DNA of 64,000 bases from Octopus sinensis. Lineage: Eukaryota. The stretch spans positions 32,674,001-32,738,000 of the forward strand of contig NC_043012.1 of the NCBI RefSeq assembly GCF_006345805.1, in the 5' to 3' direction. The notes beneath the pieces are model-generated. The model worked only from the letters and a program-made list of their open reading frames with translations. It did not search any database and was not told the DNA's origin. Shown piece by piece: positions 62,541-64,000 of the stretch (its first letter is position 1; each line of letters begins with the position of its first letter). The translations under genes and the position numbers were made by a program.

Positions 62541-63477
62541 TATATATACATACATACATATATATATACACACACAGAGTCTGGAGCTCTGTTCAGTAAC
62601 CAAATTGTTCATTGCTAGAGTAATTGAAATACATATAAATAGGGGTAATTCATTCCAAGCCAATCACAAGTTTCATGTAACGGTATGAAATACTTTTATT
62701 TGTCCATCCAGCAATAGTAAATACATAAATATATACATATGTGTGTGTGTGTGTGTAAATACACACATTCTGTTTTCTTAAGATATTCCTGAAACTTATG
62801 AACTTTTTCTCATTATCTGAAATTCTTCATTTTGCATTGATAATTTTGCATGGCATTCTTTGCAGCTCTCTACTATCATTTGAACCAGTTTCTGCCAGAG
62901 CTGCACGCAATTTGGAGCACATCCTGTATGGAGAAGTCATTAACATTTCAAACTGGTCTTGGTAACTTAGTTGAAAAAAAAAACTCTGAAGAGTACACAA
63001 ACAGTTGTTCTCCAATAATCTTCTGAAAATATATTCAGAATTGTTACCAATTTTATTCTAAGATAGACCCTTCTAATAATTCTTGGCAAATACAGCCTCT
63101 ATGCAAGAGTCTTGCTACACACTGATATTTCAGTCCTGACAGAAACAACTTGCAGATTTCTCTTTGGCACGGGATCTGGCACATGAACTTGTGTTTCTCA
63201 TATTTCTGTCATTCATATTTCACACAACTTAACAGTCTATGAAGTACTATTTTCCAGGTTATCTACTCTTCTTGCAGCCAGTTTGTGGTGTTAGTAATGG
63301 TGAGGGTCTAATTCATAAGTAGAGAAGCAGCAGGAGGAAAACATTGCTGTTCATTCTCCTAATATCTTGTGCACCTAAGAGAGTTGGTTACAGTGGGTGT
63401 TCATGCTCAGCTCAAGAATTAAAATCAGTGAGCTGGCAGAAACGTTAGCATGCCAGAAACATTAGCATGCTTACAAC

Positions 63478-63797
63478 TGCGAATCCGCTGTCCTAACCAC
63501 AGGCCATTGCGCCTCCACTTATATATATATATATAAGTGGAGGATCGTGGTTTCGATTCCCAGACCAGGCGTTGTGAGTGTTTATTGAGAAAAACACCTA
63601 AAAGCCCCACAAGGCTCCGGCAGGGGGTGGTGGCGATCCCTGCTGTACTCTTTCTTCACAACTTTCTCTCACTCTTTCTTCTGTTGGCCTTCTCACTTAG
63701 CCAGCAGGGTGGCGTCATTTGAAGGCTAAAACAATGCGAAGTGCATTGTAACCAGTGATGTGTAGCAACATCTGATAGCATGGTCGGTCACGGTGAT
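63478..63797 (+). mobile_element. SINE related to S1 with an inverted 5' head segment and a different 3' tail
   Basis: The A-box half is on the minus strand (63478-63518). The B-box half and body are on the plus strand from 63544. Confidence 0.8.
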
Positions 63798-63834
63798 ATA
63801 TATGTGTGTGTACATATGCATTTGAGAGAGCACA

Positions 63835-63985
63835 TATCCAGCATGAAGAACTTAAGCGAGCTGCGAGAGAGCGCACGGCTCATATAGTGAATGGGGAAAG
63901 CTTGGTCTGCAATGTTTGCAGTCGTGTATGCTTGTCAAGAGCAGGGCTCATTAGCTGCCAATGGAGCCACAAATGCAAAATATAA
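63835..63985 (+). mobile_element. RTE-BovB-like LINE C-terminal zinc-finger fragment
   Basis: LVCNVCSRVCLSRAGLISCQWSHK resembles the C..C.R.C.SR.GL.SH.R.H end of BovB-type ORFs. Confidence 0.65.
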
Positions 63986-64000
63986 GTTAGTCCTAGAGCG

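Noticed and set aside
62780-63200. Moderately long open frames on the minus strand
   Set aside because: No motif recognised. Possibly a TE remnant, but unclassifiable by eye.

Overview
This is 64 kb of AT-rich, repeat-saturated animal DNA. I infer a coleoid cephalopod (Octopus-like) from the tRNA-derived SINE types and the density of (AT)n/(CA)n/(GAT)n tracts. I found no host protein-coding exon, rRNA, real tRNA or CRISPR array that I can support. Nearly all ORFs in the track are TE fragments or microsatellite translations. The dominant element is one RTE-clade LINE family: a near-full-length frameshifted copy (50075-53667, -), several 5'-truncated copies and many 3'UTR-only copies with (GAT)n tails. 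Also present are at least three tRNA-SINE families, maT/DD37D-like mariner remnants, TTAA-flanked piggyBac-like MITEs, R4-, L1/Tx1-, CR1/L2- and BovB-like LINE fragments, and a Gypsy 3' end with its LTR. Best leads: (1) a C4HC3 PHD-type finger inserted inside the RTE reverse transcriptase, seen in three copies; (2) a 2.9-kb tandem array of the RTE 3'UTR with a dimeric higher-order repeat and a mid-unit 5' truncation, suggesting a multimeric or circular RNA template; (3) two Penelope-type minimal hammerhead-ribozyme motifs, one with a non-canonical core; (4) repeated RTE insertion into (AT)n tracts; (5) a 1.2-kb inverted RTE pair. All similarity calls are by eye, without alignment tools.
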